Assembly: GCA_012295275.1 (NCBI GenBank)
Contig: CM022670.1
Span: 32,364,001 to 32,428,000 of the forward strand
Direction: 5' to 3'
Source of the DNA: Chrysomallon squamiferum
Lineage: Eukaryota; Animalia; Mollusca
Length of the DNA: 64,000 nucleotides
Shown here piece by piece: positions 1-12,887 of this stretch. Made by a program: the position numbers and the translations under genes. The notes beneath the pieces are model-generated. The model was not told where the DNA came from. It saw nothing but the letters and a program-made list of their open reading frames with translations, and did no database searches. Each line of letters opens with the position of its first letter. The stretch's first letter is position 1.

Positions 1-531
1 TCTGTGTATTTCTCTAATGAATTTAGAAACATTCTAATGTTCTGTGAATCTGATATTCTGGACAGCTGAGGTTAAGAAATGGAATCTCAAAATATTTTTA
101 TAATAAATAAAACTTAATAATTTGAGTGGATCTACACTTGTTTTTTTTCAGAAATACAATTGAATTGACAAAAATGCTTTATGTGACAAAAAATAACACC
201 ATTAAAAAAATAATAATAATAAATAAAAATATATATATTTCCAGAAAATATTTTATGATGATATTTGAAACATGGATATATTTAATGACATCAACCATTG
301 TGAACAATTAGTTTTATTTGGTTTTTATAATCTGGATTACTGACATTTTACATAAACCCGTCATGTTCATATAATCTTACTCCATACATCATTAAAATCA
401 TTTCTTCACTTTTAAGCAAGAAAATACAAATTTTATTAGCAAAATGATAAATCATGTCTACAACATTTAATGGGAGAGGATTTGAAACAGTGGAACAAAA
501 GTATAATGTTTTCTATACATGTGTGAGTGTG

Positions 532-667
<136 letters not shown>

Positions 668-1043
668 ACCATCAGTTTAAAAATAATGATTAACTGTAAA
701 ATAAAAAAGCAATAAATAAAAGCACCTTTATGAATTAAATGACACCACTGAAGACATTTTGCAGCATGGAATAGCCTTTTCCCCCATCTCTTCATGTTAT
801 TGATTTCACAGCTCAGAGGTTTAAACTGTGAGTACACTCCAGGAGAAAACCATGTAATTGGTATTTGGAAAAATCCTTGCAACTTTGTTCATATACTTTG
901 TTCATATTGTGTTTTGTTTCTGTTGGTAATTATTCCCCTGATAGGGAAAGGAAACTTTGGTAGTATTAGACGAAGAATGCCTTGTGTTGCCTTGTGTATG
1001 TCTGTGTTAATATTGATCTTTTAAAAAACATTGCATTTTGCAG

Positions 1044-1216
1044 GAGTTGAGGTTGTCACTTGATTCCAGTTGTAGTGGACACGGTGCTGACAGGTTTATA
1101 AGACGCCGAGCACGTTTCTATTCTTCGGGAGATATGGCAGGCCATGACAAACGCCCAAATCAGCTTTTTGTTCCGAGAATTTCAGTTACTTCAACAGGAA
1201 TACGTAAAAGTTTTAG
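1044..1216 (+). CDS. Internal coding exon (173 nt, phase 0 in, phase 2 out) of a large-intron gene; ELRLSLDSSCSGHGADRFIRRRARFYSSGDMAGHDKRPNQLFVPRISVTSTGIRKSF; possibly an N-terminal exon of a PDE4/dunce-like gene
   Basis: Acceptor ttgcattttgcag| ends at 1043 and consensus donor AG|GTAAGT starts at 1217. The frame is open and the exon is GC/CpG-rich relative to its flanks. The peptide has RxRxxS and PxIxIT-like (PRISVT) motifs. The PDE4 identity rests only on recalled resemblance to vertebrate PDE4B1/4D7 N-terminal exon ends. Confidence 0.8.
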
Positions 1217-3623
1217 GTAAGTTTTGTACTTATTTGTTTTTTACATGTTTTTATTTTTTTGTTCATTTAGCTCATTGCTCTCAAAGCTTTATATCTACTC
1301 AATAGTCAGACAAAGTAAAGAAAAACTTTCTTATTTGAAAGGATGACATTTGTTTGGTGTAATTTAATGATAACATTTGAAACTAACACATATATATATT
1401 TTTAAATAACCAATACTGAGAAAAACTTTAATAAAAACAAAAACAAATACCCTCCCAAAAAATGATAAAATTAATTTTGTCATACCCTCTGAAAAGATAT
1501 TTTGAAAAAAATTGCTGCATTTCTTAAAACACAATCTTTTTTTTTTTTTTTTTTAAAATGATGAATTTTTAGTTTATTTTTAAAAATAAAATAAACGGAA
1601 AATGATGATTAAATGACCTTATATTTGTAAAATACATTCTGTAAGTCAGGTGGTTCTCAAGAATTCTAACATACCTGCTAATGTAAAATTTTATAAGTCT
1701 CATTTCTGAATTCTTTTTATTTGTGGAAATTATAATGTAAACAGATTATGTTATATACATATGATATATATTATTGGTGAATTAGTTTCTAAATAATTTT
1801 ATTTAATTTAAATGCATAGTTATTGCACACCATTATGATTCTTTAATGGTGGTGCTAACCATTTATTCAGTTCTAATGCGATAAATAAAACTACAATTTC
1901 ATTGGAATCTATTTTATCTTGTTTATATTTTCAGAAATTGTTAAAATGTTTATTTTACAGGTTTTCAAATAAATAAATAAATAAATAAAATAATAATAAT
2001 ATCTGTCTCTCTCTCTCTCTACATCTTTTGTTCTCTCTCTCTCTGTCATTTAATAAAATAATAATTATTAATAAAATCTCATAAAATTTTAAAATATTAA
2101 TAATTACACATGATCTCTGTTCTTTATATATTATTTTCTATTTTATTTGCCTTTTCTTTCTTTTCAATTACAACAAAATTTCCAGAATTTTTTAAAATTT
2201 TTATTGACATCTCTTATTATTTCTGAATTTGATTATCCGACAATCTACTTGTGTATTTCTTTAGTTTATCTGCTTCTAGATAGTTACTTTAATTAAAGCA
2301 ACAATTATTTGAACAAGAAAAAATGTAAAACATTAGAAATTAAAATCTGTTTAGCATTTTTCAATTTTGAAATTTTCCCCCCACATTGTAATAACATAAT
2401 TGCATTATTAACATAATTTTTATTTTCCCTTTTATCCTTTTAAAAATGTTTCTTTCTTTTTTTCTTATCTTTTATGCACCATCGTACATATTAACCATGT
2501 CATTGATTTATTTCATGTTAAATGAGTTTCTTAATCTGATGATAGATTGTTTATTTGGTTGTCAACATAAACCTTAAAAATCTTCTACAGAAAATAGTGT
2601 TTTTTCATTAAGCTTACCTGACAAATTACAACTGCAAGGTTGATAGATTTTTCAGGTTTAAAAACTTGAGTAGATTATAAATATCTAGAAGTATGATAAT
2701 AATACTAAGATTAGATTGAATTTTAAAAAGTAGTTTCTTTAATTTTATTTATTAATATGTTTAACAGATTATTGAAGTGTGACATAACACTTAATTAATT
2801 CCCAAATGTTAAAATTGCTGTTGAAGTGTGATATTATATTTGCTTAATACCCAACTAAGTTCAAATGGATACTGTAACTTTGTTGTATAGAAATTGATTT
2901 TTAAGGTTAATAAAATGGAAATGATAAAAATATCATCACCAGCCGGTGAATTTTATAAAGTGGTTTATTAAATATTATTTTGCGTATGTCTAACTTATGT
3001 ACTTGAAGATTAATATTATATTTATTTAATACATGAAAGTATTCATTTGGATTTTGGTTACTTTGTCACAAAATGATTTAATATTGTAACTTCATTTTGT
3101 TTGTTTATTTTAAATTTGAAACTTACAAAATTTGTCTTTTCTTGTATTTCTTTGTGATTTTCACATACATTTACATATATAGACACTTTCAGATCTAAAA
3201 ACACTGGAATATGTCACTGTGTTTTAGCTGCTACTTCGTGACAATATAAATAACATTGCATCACTGTCTTTATGACCAAGATAACAGAAATTGTCTGATT
3301 ATCAGAAAAACACCTGAAGAAAGTCTTTTGTAAAAAAGTGTAACATTTCATTAGAATGGGTTTTAATTTGTTTGGATCTTTGTCTTGAAATGTGAAGAAG
3401 AAAAAAAAAAAAATCTCTGGTATACTTGTCTGTTCACATTTAATGAAATATGATATATCAGAGACTAATAGTTATGTGGTATAATTCTATCTCTTTAAGA
3501 TGAGATTTTATATAAGTCCCAGCAATCTTTTAACTAATAAGGTTAATACTCTGACAAATAATGTATTGTTAATGTTCCCTTTATCACTTTGGACAATTTA
3601 AATCATATCTAGTGCTAGTCAAG

Positions 3624-3624
<1 letters not shown>

Positions 3625-3661
<37 letters not shown>
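3625..3661. repeat. (TA)n microsatellite
   Basis: Perfect run. Confidence 0.95.
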
Positions 3662-3664
<3 letters not shown>

Positions 3665-3689
3665 GTTGCTTCAATTAAACATATAAAAA

Positions 3690-4950
3690 ATATCCCAGTA
3701 GAAATAGAAATCCAACAAAGAACAATTTTTCATAAATATCTTTTTGATTCTGGTTTGCACAAACAATAACAAGGTTTGATCCTAATGGACCATGAGCATT
3801 AAGCTTTTAAATAATTAAACCTTCTTCAGAATAGGTTTAAAGATGACCACTGGTAAATAAAAGTAGGTGAGGGTTAATTACAGATAAATCACAAATGATA
3901 ACTATTTTTGTCAGTAGAAAAATTAAGACAGGCTAAAGAGGACAAGTTTGCAGACATTTCCTTATTAATCTGTGCCCTCATATTGCCATTCACAACTGAA
4001 GCTTTGCATGATTATATTTACCATCACTGACAGTTACTCATCATTTGATCTCAGCAATTCCAGAGAGACATGGTTTTAGTGCTAAAGCACATATTAATGC
4101 CTTTGTGTAGCACAATTTGAGCTCTGTGCTTTAGGTTTATGTCAATTAGCTCAGGTCCCAGTTGCACCATTTTAGTTACGGATTCTCTGTCGGTCTGTCT
4201 GGAAACAGTGTTTTTAGTTTCAAGTAAATTGCAGTTCTGATGGATAGCCAACAAATAATTAAACAGAAGCCGTAGTGGAGGCTGGTAATTTCTGTACTTT
4301 CTTCTGATACAGTGTTGTGGAAATAATGACATGTACTTTACACCATAGTGTTGCATAGCAAACATGATTTAGCAGCAGATTAATGAGAGTGAGATGTTAT
4401 AGCAATTTATCAAAAGTACAGAGACAGATTTTTACTGTTTATTCTCAGACAAATAACTCTGTTTGCATAAGAAATTACAGACTAGTTCTAGATCCAGTGA
4501 AACAGCTGTTCTCTATCTTAGGGTTAGCTGAAGGTTCATTCTGGAATATAGTATAGAGTTGCCAGATATATGACCAGTCCAATAGTATTCTGTATCCTTG
4601 GGTTGTCCATTGATGCATATTAATAATTGGATGCATTAGAAAATAAGTAAAAAGCAGAGATAGTGTATGTGTGTTCAGTGTTATAGGAAGCCCTTATGCA
4701 TATAGTAGACAGGTAACTGATGGAAGGCCAGTTCAAGAATATTCTGTATCTGAGGAAAGCCCATATATTCACATTTATATCTTCACAAAGAGTTAGAAGA
4801 TACAGGACAATCAAAGGATATTCTGTGTCTCAAGGCAGCCCTTAAATAGTCTTAAGAATTGTGTTACTTTATTAAAGATATTTTGTTCAAGCATTGTTAT
4901 ACCTGCACATGGGATAGTCTGTAAATTAATCTGAGCTGTCAAAACTAAAA
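3690..4950 (-). mobile_element. Degenerate I-group (I/Nimb/Ingi-like) LINE ORF2 relic (APE endonuclease to start of RT)
   Basis: Weak motifs occur in the expected order on the minus strand: LQ..CAGI (cf. LQWNCRG), GCLETQ (cf. CLQET), TISAFYL (cf. TICSxY), LNFSTDKN, and FVQTRIKKIFMKNCSLLDFYF (cf. LETxIxxAFxxxxxxxxVFFD). GC is higher than in the flanks. Confidence 0.45.
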
Positions 4951-6239
4951 TTTTGATTCTAGTGATAAATCTAGGTGTTTTGTTGTTTTTTACCTCTTGG
5001 CTTTTAAGTTTTAAAAATACAGTAACTAGTAATGATGGCATTATAAAAAAGTAAAAACTATCTTAACAGTCTTAACAGTTGACTGTTATTTCTGAGGCAG
5101 AGATAATGTTGTAGACTTCTTAAGGACAAAACAGCACACACCCTGAGGTTTCGAGATACCATACCACCACCAGTGTATTGATTTGATTCTCTAATTTTTT
5201 ATTTTAAAGGCATGGTAGAACAGATTATATCAGCTTTAAAATTCTCTGGCAATCAAATCATTTCAGTTATTTAACACTAAGAGCAAGATTTCTGAAAGTA
5301 CAAGAGCATTTATTTACCAAATGCAAAATGAAAATTCTTTAGACAAGTTAGAAGATGCGAACATCAATCTGATCATCGAAGTCTTTTATTCTGACTGGTT
5401 GTGCAAACAAAAAATGTATTTTATATTGATTCTCCAGCTGAGAATCAGTAAAAACACAGTTGCAAACTGTTTACTCCATTGACAACATATACTGCATTGT
5501 ACCTCAAGTAATATAACAGAAATAACAGAAATGGTCAAACACATAGTTGTTTGTGACAGTTTTTCTCACAAACCATAGAAATAAATTGCCTACTTATTTA
5601 GAATTACATATATATTATATATAAACTTTAAAAGTGTGTGTGTGTGTGTTATTGTTTTTATTAGATTAATAATCCTTATATTTCTGGGGAAGAAGTAAAT
5701 TTCTTCATCATTGCTTTATGGTACAAATACTGTGTCAATTTACCCAAATTCATCATAGAAACTGACACTGGACATAAATTGCTTTTCCACTCAGAAGCCT
5801 TATAGTTTACTGAATTATACTAGTTACTTTTGTAACATTTCATATTTTTAACCAAAAACACAAGGGCAGGATAACAAAAACTGAATATTTACAGGGTTCA
5901 TGCAAGGGGGCAGCGTGAGTGAAATAATCACTTTCATTCTACTTTTAACCAATAGCTAAATCACTTCTTTTTTTTAAAGTTAAATTTCTTTTGCACCAAA
6001 TAAGTTTACCACTTATGACATAAGTCCACATAAAGACACTGCTTTAACAGAAACAGAATATTGAATCATTACGTTCATGACAATGCTTGGTTAGGTCTTA
6101 TTTTCTCAACTTTCATGTTAAATTCCTAGTGCTGTATCTATTTAGATGGTTACTGACCTTAGAATTATATTATATAAATTTGATTCTTTATTTGTCATAT
6201 CTAATTATTAAAAGAAATTAATAATATTAAAATTCCAGT

Positions 6240-6860
6240 GATGTATAAAAGATAAAGATTCAATTTCAGTAGTATTGTGTTTTGACAATACCACAAATTC
6301 AAATTTGCAGTATCTTTAAATGTCAATAAACTAGCATCATCTGAGAAATTGATATTTAGTGAAACAAATCATTGTAACTGATGTTCCTTGTATAATAAGA
6401 CATTTGTGTTGGCAATGCCACTAAAACTAATTTTGATGAACAAACAATGTTCAGTACATTTATATTTAACATTTGTTAAATTGCTGTTACAAAATTCCAT
6501 AGTACAATGTGATATTTGTGTTTAGTATAACAAATTAAGAACTGCATGGTCCCAAAACCTTAATGAATTAACAAAGTTAGTAAAATTTATATTAATTTAC
6601 ACACTGTTAAACAAGTTATTTTTTACTGAAATATCTCTTATGTACAGCGTAAAAATTTGTGTTGACAATACCACAAATTCAGAATTGTTATTTCACATAT
6701 TTTGATGAACTAACAACATGACAGAAATTGATATTTAACACAAGTTAAATTAGTTATTATCACTAAACTTCCTAGTACAATGTGAAATTAGTGAAATTGT
6801 GATTTACGAGATCACACATTTTTTATGAACTAACAGATTGACATTCACTTTAAACAAATA
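6240..6860. repeat. Degenerate ~125 bp tandem repeat (about 5 units)
   Basis: Variants of ttgtgttgacaataccacaaattc at ~6275, 6405, 6515 and 6657; ttttgatgaac and tagtacaatgtga recur. Confidence 0.7.
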
Positions 6861-6894
6861 CATTCATTACAACTATTTGACTGTTAAGTTGACT

Positions 6895-7200
6895 GTTTGA
6901 CACATATCTTAACCAAATTTCAGAACCACAGAAGCAGATGGTAACAAAAGCCTTGGGGCGATCATGATGCTACTGCCTTTGTAAACTCTTTCATCAGTGT
7001 GTAAGCATTGTCACTGTATTACAGCTTGTTCAGGAAGAGATCCATGGCGAATTGTTTACACTCTGTTGGTTAGTGATTGACTTGTGGACACTTGCTGAAG
7101 CTGGTTAAAGACTTTTTCTGAGTGACAGCATCAGGGAATTTCAACATTACGAAGCCAGCATTCTCCAGTTCATTACCCATTTTCACTACAGCCTAATGCT
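6895..7200 (-). mobile_element. RTE-clade LINE reverse-transcriptase C-terminal fragment
   Basis: The minus strand reads VKMGNELENA...RVYK/AV...TICFCGSEIWLRY, resembling GxxLExV...VYxAVVxxTLLYGSExWxxY. Confidence 0.55.
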
Positions 7201-7613
7201 TGCTTTTAAACTTAATAGAAAACCCTGTGTTTGTATCATAAACCTGATTACATGTCCTGTTGCAGATAACAAGATACTTTACAAATATTTTATCAGAACA
7301 CTGAAACAGATTGGGACAAAATCGTTTGTTTTTAAAAAGATAATTTATCATCTTTTTTTTATGCGGTGGGACTGGATAAATTCTGTTTTATTCTTATTAG
7401 ATTTGGTTAAGAAATATAAATAGCCCTTTACGGGCTTTATTTTCAGTAAATTTGTACCATGAATAAAAGTAAATTTAAATTAATGTCAAAAGAGTAGACT
7501 ATCAGATCAAACATATTAGATATGGATTGGCATTTATACTGCAGTAGTGCCCTATAAGTCATTAAAAATTGTTTTAAATGTAGAAGTAAAACAGCATGAT
7601 GTATTGCAAACAT

Positions 7614-7616
<3 letters not shown>

Positions 7617-7663
<47 letters not shown>
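7617..7663. repeat. (CA)n microsatellite
   Basis: Perfect run. Confidence 0.95.
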
Positions 7664-7666
<3 letters not shown>

Positions 7667-7729
7667 GTACATTCTTCCAGACACAAAATGCCGTATTTAT
7701 TGGATTAATATTTCTTTTTATTTATCATT

Positions 7730-7980
7730 GGAGCCTGTTGTAACTCAATGAAGATTGAGTGATTTCAAGGATCAGTCCTCCTTGATGGTCTCCTAGACTG
7801 TTTCTCATTCCAACCATTGTTTGACAACTTGTTTATTGAGAAACCAGAATCAGTTCTCCTTAATGCTGCTCCCTTTGGCTATTTCCTGATCTAACCAGTT
7901 TGACACTTGGTTTAACAAGGATTGTGGGCTTGGTCTATGGTGAAGTGCACATAAAAGATTTTTTGCTACTAATCAGTATA
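7730..7980 (+). mobile_element. Decayed tRNA-derived SINE with Meta/MESC-like core
   Basis: Contains ggatcagtcc (B-box-like), ctgtttctcattccaacca and gtgcacataaaagattttttgctactaatc, similar to the recalled MetaSINE core GTGCATATAAAAGATCCCTTGCTGCTAATC. Confidence 0.6.
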
Positions 7981-8139
7981 AAAACAACAACACATGTCAG
8001 CTATATGTTTTTTCTTATTTCAACATAATATAAAATCCACTTGTATGACATTGAGGCCCACTTCACTTAAAATATTCATTCTTTTTTTATAAAAAAGTCC
8101 TTAAATTCTTCACACATTTTATAGTTTATGTTGGTTATT

Positions 8140-8240
8140 AAGAGACATGCTGCCACTTATTATGTAGAAAAACTTATTATGCAGATTTGTAATTTTAGAC
8201 CCATACAATAGCTTACCACGTCTTATGAACTTTATATGAC
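8140..8240 (-). mobile_element. SINE fragment (same family)
   Basis: agagacatgctgccac...atagcttaccacgtctt resembles the reverse complement of the SINE body. Confidence 0.3.
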
Positions 8241-8310
8241 ATGCCGCGTTTGACAGTATTATTTTACATCACCCAAAATAGAACCAAACCTATTCTGTGT
8301 TTCATATCAA

Positions 8311-8481
8311 AGAGCTCTATATATCACTGATAACGTCTATAGATTATCAAACTATTTATGTGTACACAGTGTATAATACAGTACATATAATACACATATA
8401 GAGCTGTTGACATCACTGATAACATATATAGATTATCAAACTATTTATATATACACAGTGTATAATACAGTACATATAACA
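8311..8481. repeat. 89 bp tandem duplication
   Basis: atcactgataac..tatagattatcaaactatttat..tacacagtgtataatacagtacatataa occurs twice (units start 8311 and 8400). Confidence 0.9.
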
Positions 8482-11400
8482 CCAGATTTTTTGTTTATTG
8501 TTGATGATCTCTTAAAGGTACACAGAAAAACCACTTGGTTTTTAAAATAATTTTTTTTTAAATTTATTTTATCATTTTATCCCAGGAATATAAATTTATT
8601 TTCATTTTAGTAAATATGTTTTTCCCATTTTATTTTAGAAGATCAAAACACAAGCGTGACAAAAAGTCCCTTTCAGAAATGATCTCCATCAATAATTTCC
8701 TTCAGCAGATGATGCTGAACATAAACACAATGTTGCATATCAATACATGTTAAAAAAATTATTTCTCTCTGTAGTTAGAAGATTATTAAACTGTTAATGG
8801 GAAATTTCTTTACAGACAAAAAAAAAAAAAAATACAATAATAAAAAAAAAAAAAATCATTATTCTTTTTTCTTTCTTCCTTTTATTTTTTTATTTATTAT
8901 TGCCTTTTATATTTTTCTTTATGGTCTCAGTTGTGTTTGTAATGTGTGGTAAAGAAAAACTGAAGCCAGGTTTGATAATGTATTTCTAAAAAGATTTTGT
9001 TTTATTCTTCAAAACAAATTTATATATGGAAATTATTTACAAATTGTTATGAATCATAAAAATATAATAAAAATACTAGATATAAAACCATGTACTTAGC
9101 AATACAGATTATACCATTATGCACTTCTTGAAAGGTATTAGATTAAATTAAAATGTGTGAAATGAAATACATTATTGTCTAATAAAGCTTATTTGTTTTT
9201 GGAGAAAAAACATTTCACCAAGCAGATAAACAATACAAAATGGAAGCAAATTTAATTCTATTTCTGACAGCAGAAAAACAACATCAGAATAAACAGACAT
9301 GTTTCTTGAAAGCTTGATATGATTAGTATATTTTCTTTTATAACCCAATTATAACAAAATTATCTGAGAAATATAAAATTATATGTACAATATTGTCTAA
9401 AGGAAATTGAAGATAAAGGAATTCATAGAAAATCATTGTTAGTATTATCATTCGTAATCATTCAATATTTACTTTGACACAGAAACAGTGTAATTTAAAT
9501 TATTTAGTTTCACATGTCGTAAGATATTATTTATTATTAAAGTTTGATTTGTTCAGTAAAGTGACTGGAGCTAACTAATGAATTTTCTGTCATTCACTAC
9601 TCTATGTGAAACATTTGATAAAATTCTGTTTTTCCATTAGTAGTATTTTTGTGTGTGTCTGTGTCAATATCTTTACTTTTTAATATATATTTTTTTAATT
9701 TATAAGAAATGATTTTAATTAGCATCATACATTTTTTTTAATTAAAAATTCTTCAATCTTAATGTGTTTTCTCCCATTTAAATTTCTTGTTTGAGTAGGA
9801 AGGGAAACAACTCTTGATGGTCTGAATGAGAACGGTAGTTGTATTAACTACACAGATGAAAAGATTTAAGCTTGGCCTGCATTAAATACAAAAAATGTAT
9901 TAATCAACTTAATGTAAATGGAAATAACAAAGACAGTTAATATAACATAAGCTGATTTTAATATAACTGAAAACATTTGATAAAGATTTTGTTCATTTAT
10001 GGGAGGTTTCAAAGTAAACGAAATATATAATTTTTTTTATTTCATATTGGGATGTTTGTAATGAAAATAGACAAGTAAGATAATTATATTAGTAGATTTT
10101 GTGATAATTTTGTATAATTATAAAATTATTTTTAAAATATCATAATTAGTGCACTGCTTATATATGATTAATACTATTATTAATATTATCAAACATAATA
10201 ATAATAAAAACAAAAACAACCATAAAAGGAAATTTTTAAAGTGCATTTTGGCACTTACTCTCTTCATTAATATGCTCAGTACTGCCATTTAATGACAAAA
10301 AAAAAAAAAAAAAAAAAAAAAAATTAAAATTAAAATAAAATATGATAGAAGGAGACAAAATCCAAGCTACAGTGGTCATTAAAATTACTGAGGATTCTTG
10401 TCTGCATACACAGCAACTCTTCAGATCATCTCCAATCAAAATATGACACCTAATGAAAATTTTAATAGAAAATAAAGTAAAATTAACTTAGATTTTCACT
10501 TCACATAATTTACAGAAATAATTATTGACATTTTAGACACTTTAAAAATATCGTGGAAGTTTCCTGTAATTCAGGAACTGTAACTCTTGATGAAATACTT
10601 CTTCCAGACAATCTGTCTTAATGTGGCAGATTGAGTTAGTCCCAAGTGAATCCAGTTCGGACAAGAATCTGCAGTATTTCTGTGAAAGACATCATGACTT
10701 TGTTTCAGAAATACTGATAGTGAAGCCTGTAGCTTATAAGAATTACAAAGTCCACTTAAATAAAATTGTTTAGTTACTGAATTTGGATGTCTGGTCACCT
10801 TGTTTGAATGTGAGAATAACTGAAATATTACTTTAATGTATTATACTATTATTAAGATGAATAAGAAAATTAAAAGTAGTTTGTAGCTAGAAATAAATAT
10901 CACTTTACTGCATTAGGAAATGTACATGGGTAAATCAAAGAGCAAAGACAGTTTGTATGTGGTATGAAATGTGACTTTCCTGTGTTAGTAATGTTGCATG
11001 CATAAACCAAAAAGGTAAAGGCAAATTAGGTTAAAAATGATTATCATTCCTTGTATATATTTTTTTGTTTTTTTATTTTTTAAGGATATTATCATTATCA
11101 TGGAAAGATTCACTAGTCATGCTAGATCCCAGGAAAAATATAAAATAATAAAAAATATCAGATACTTACTATGTAAAGCCATTTTGGTGTGATGTGAAAA
11201 ACAAAACTTAAACTGAATTGATATACGTGACAAACTTCATTTTGAATTTTCCTTCATCAGCCATGTTATCCAGATCATTTGTGATTATTATGTTGTTTGT
11301 TTATTTATTAATGTACCTTTCACATTCTTTGATTTTGTTTTCACACAAATAAATGTACTTACAGCTTTTAGTTACTGTATCAACTGAGCATCAAATTTAT

Positions 11401-11884
11401 GCTGTAAAATGAATTTTTTGTGTATTAATTAATGTACTTTTTTCTTTATTGTATTTTGTTTCATTTTCATGTGGACTGCGTGTGTATTACCACTGACATA
11501 AAGAAAATGGCCAGAGTTCAGTTACTTTATCAAATTAAAATTTTATCATGAAATTAAACTGTTACATTATTTAATAAACTAGAAATATTTTTCTTTCATT
11601 ATTTTCTCTGATTTTCTTTTGCACTGAGTGTATATGGTACAAAACCAATGTTCACAGTTTTCAATTACCATATCAACAGGACATCACATTACTTGGTCAC
11701 TGTAGCTGCAGTATGCAATTTCATCCTTATTCCTCGAGAGAAATACTCTTAATTAAAATATACATCTTATCAACCAGATCATTACAAATTTCCAACAAGC
11801 TGGCTTCAGTCGAAGTGAATCTGCTTTTTAATTACACAGCTGGCCTCTTAGGACAGGTCAACAAGTCAATGGTTCTGTTCTCAT

Positions 11885-12052
11885 AATCATTTCTTTCTGA
11901 ACAATTAATTCATAATTTTATTTCCAGAACAATAAATTTATAACTTTCTTTCTGAACAGTAAATTTATAACTTTCTTTCTGAACTGTAAATTTATAACTT
12001 TGTTTCTGAACAGTAAATTTATAATTTTCTTCTAATTAATCAATTCATAATT
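11885..12052. repeat. ~27-28 bp minisatellite (tttctttctgaacagtaaatttataac), about 6 units
   Basis: Direct inspection. Confidence 0.85.
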
Positions 12053-12887
12053 GTATTTAGCAATAATATATACACTTCTCTCTGTATCTTCCTTTATTGA
12101 ATAAATATTTGCTAATTATAACTTACAATATTTTTATTTTGATGATTATTATATTTTAAATATGATTCAGATTCAAAATTTGTCTTATTTAGTTAGGCTA
12201 GTATACTTTTAACCATATAAGCTACAGCCATATTTGTAGCATCAGTTTATGACATACACCAGTGGGTTAGCTTCTTATTATAATCACCAGCCTGATAGCG
12301 CCTTTTAAATAACCTAAGCATTTTTTTTTTTTTTCAGACCATGGATATTTAATAATAAAAACAAAAACTGACTTCTGAAGCTACTTTTAACTGTTTAGCA
12401 TCTAGAATCTTGTCTACATTTTGGTACAAGATTGCAAATAATTTGGCTTTTGAAATTTCAGTCGAGTATATATTGCAAAAGAAGAAATCTCACTGGGTTT
12501 CAAAGTAAAGATTAATCCTTGAGATATCTGCCAATATTTAGACACTAATACACTAAGCCATTCAAAAGCTGTTCTTATTCTTTGTTTTATTTTAAAAAGC
12601 AGTCACATGTCACATACCTTGTGTGTGACAATAAATATCCAGGATTAAATTATATAGTATTGTCATATAAAAAAAGAAAAAAAGAAAATGAGTTTAAAAA
12701 AAACATAGACTGTATGGGACTGTTTTGTTTTCCAGTTTGTTAAATTCAGATATATGATAGATGGTATTAAAACTTTCAGCATGAAATGAAAAAGAGAACC
12801 AAACCAGAATTAAAATGTGAAATCCAATATTGTTTTTGATCAGTCTTTAATCCAACTGCATTGATCTATATATAAACTTTTATTTAA

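Noticed and set aside
8311-8481. Possible relationship of the 89-bp duplication to the large satellite (shared words atatcactga, atcaaact, gtgtacaca)
   Set aside because: The words occur in a different order and are AT-rich, so no collinear match exists.
9790-9870. Possible terminal exon RETTLDGLNENGSCINYTDEKI*
   Set aside because: The acceptor is weak, the frame is short, and nothing else supports it.
10560-10810. GC-richer stretch with a 75-aa minus-strand ORF
   Set aside because: No recognisable motif or splice pair; probably an unidentified old transposon fragment.
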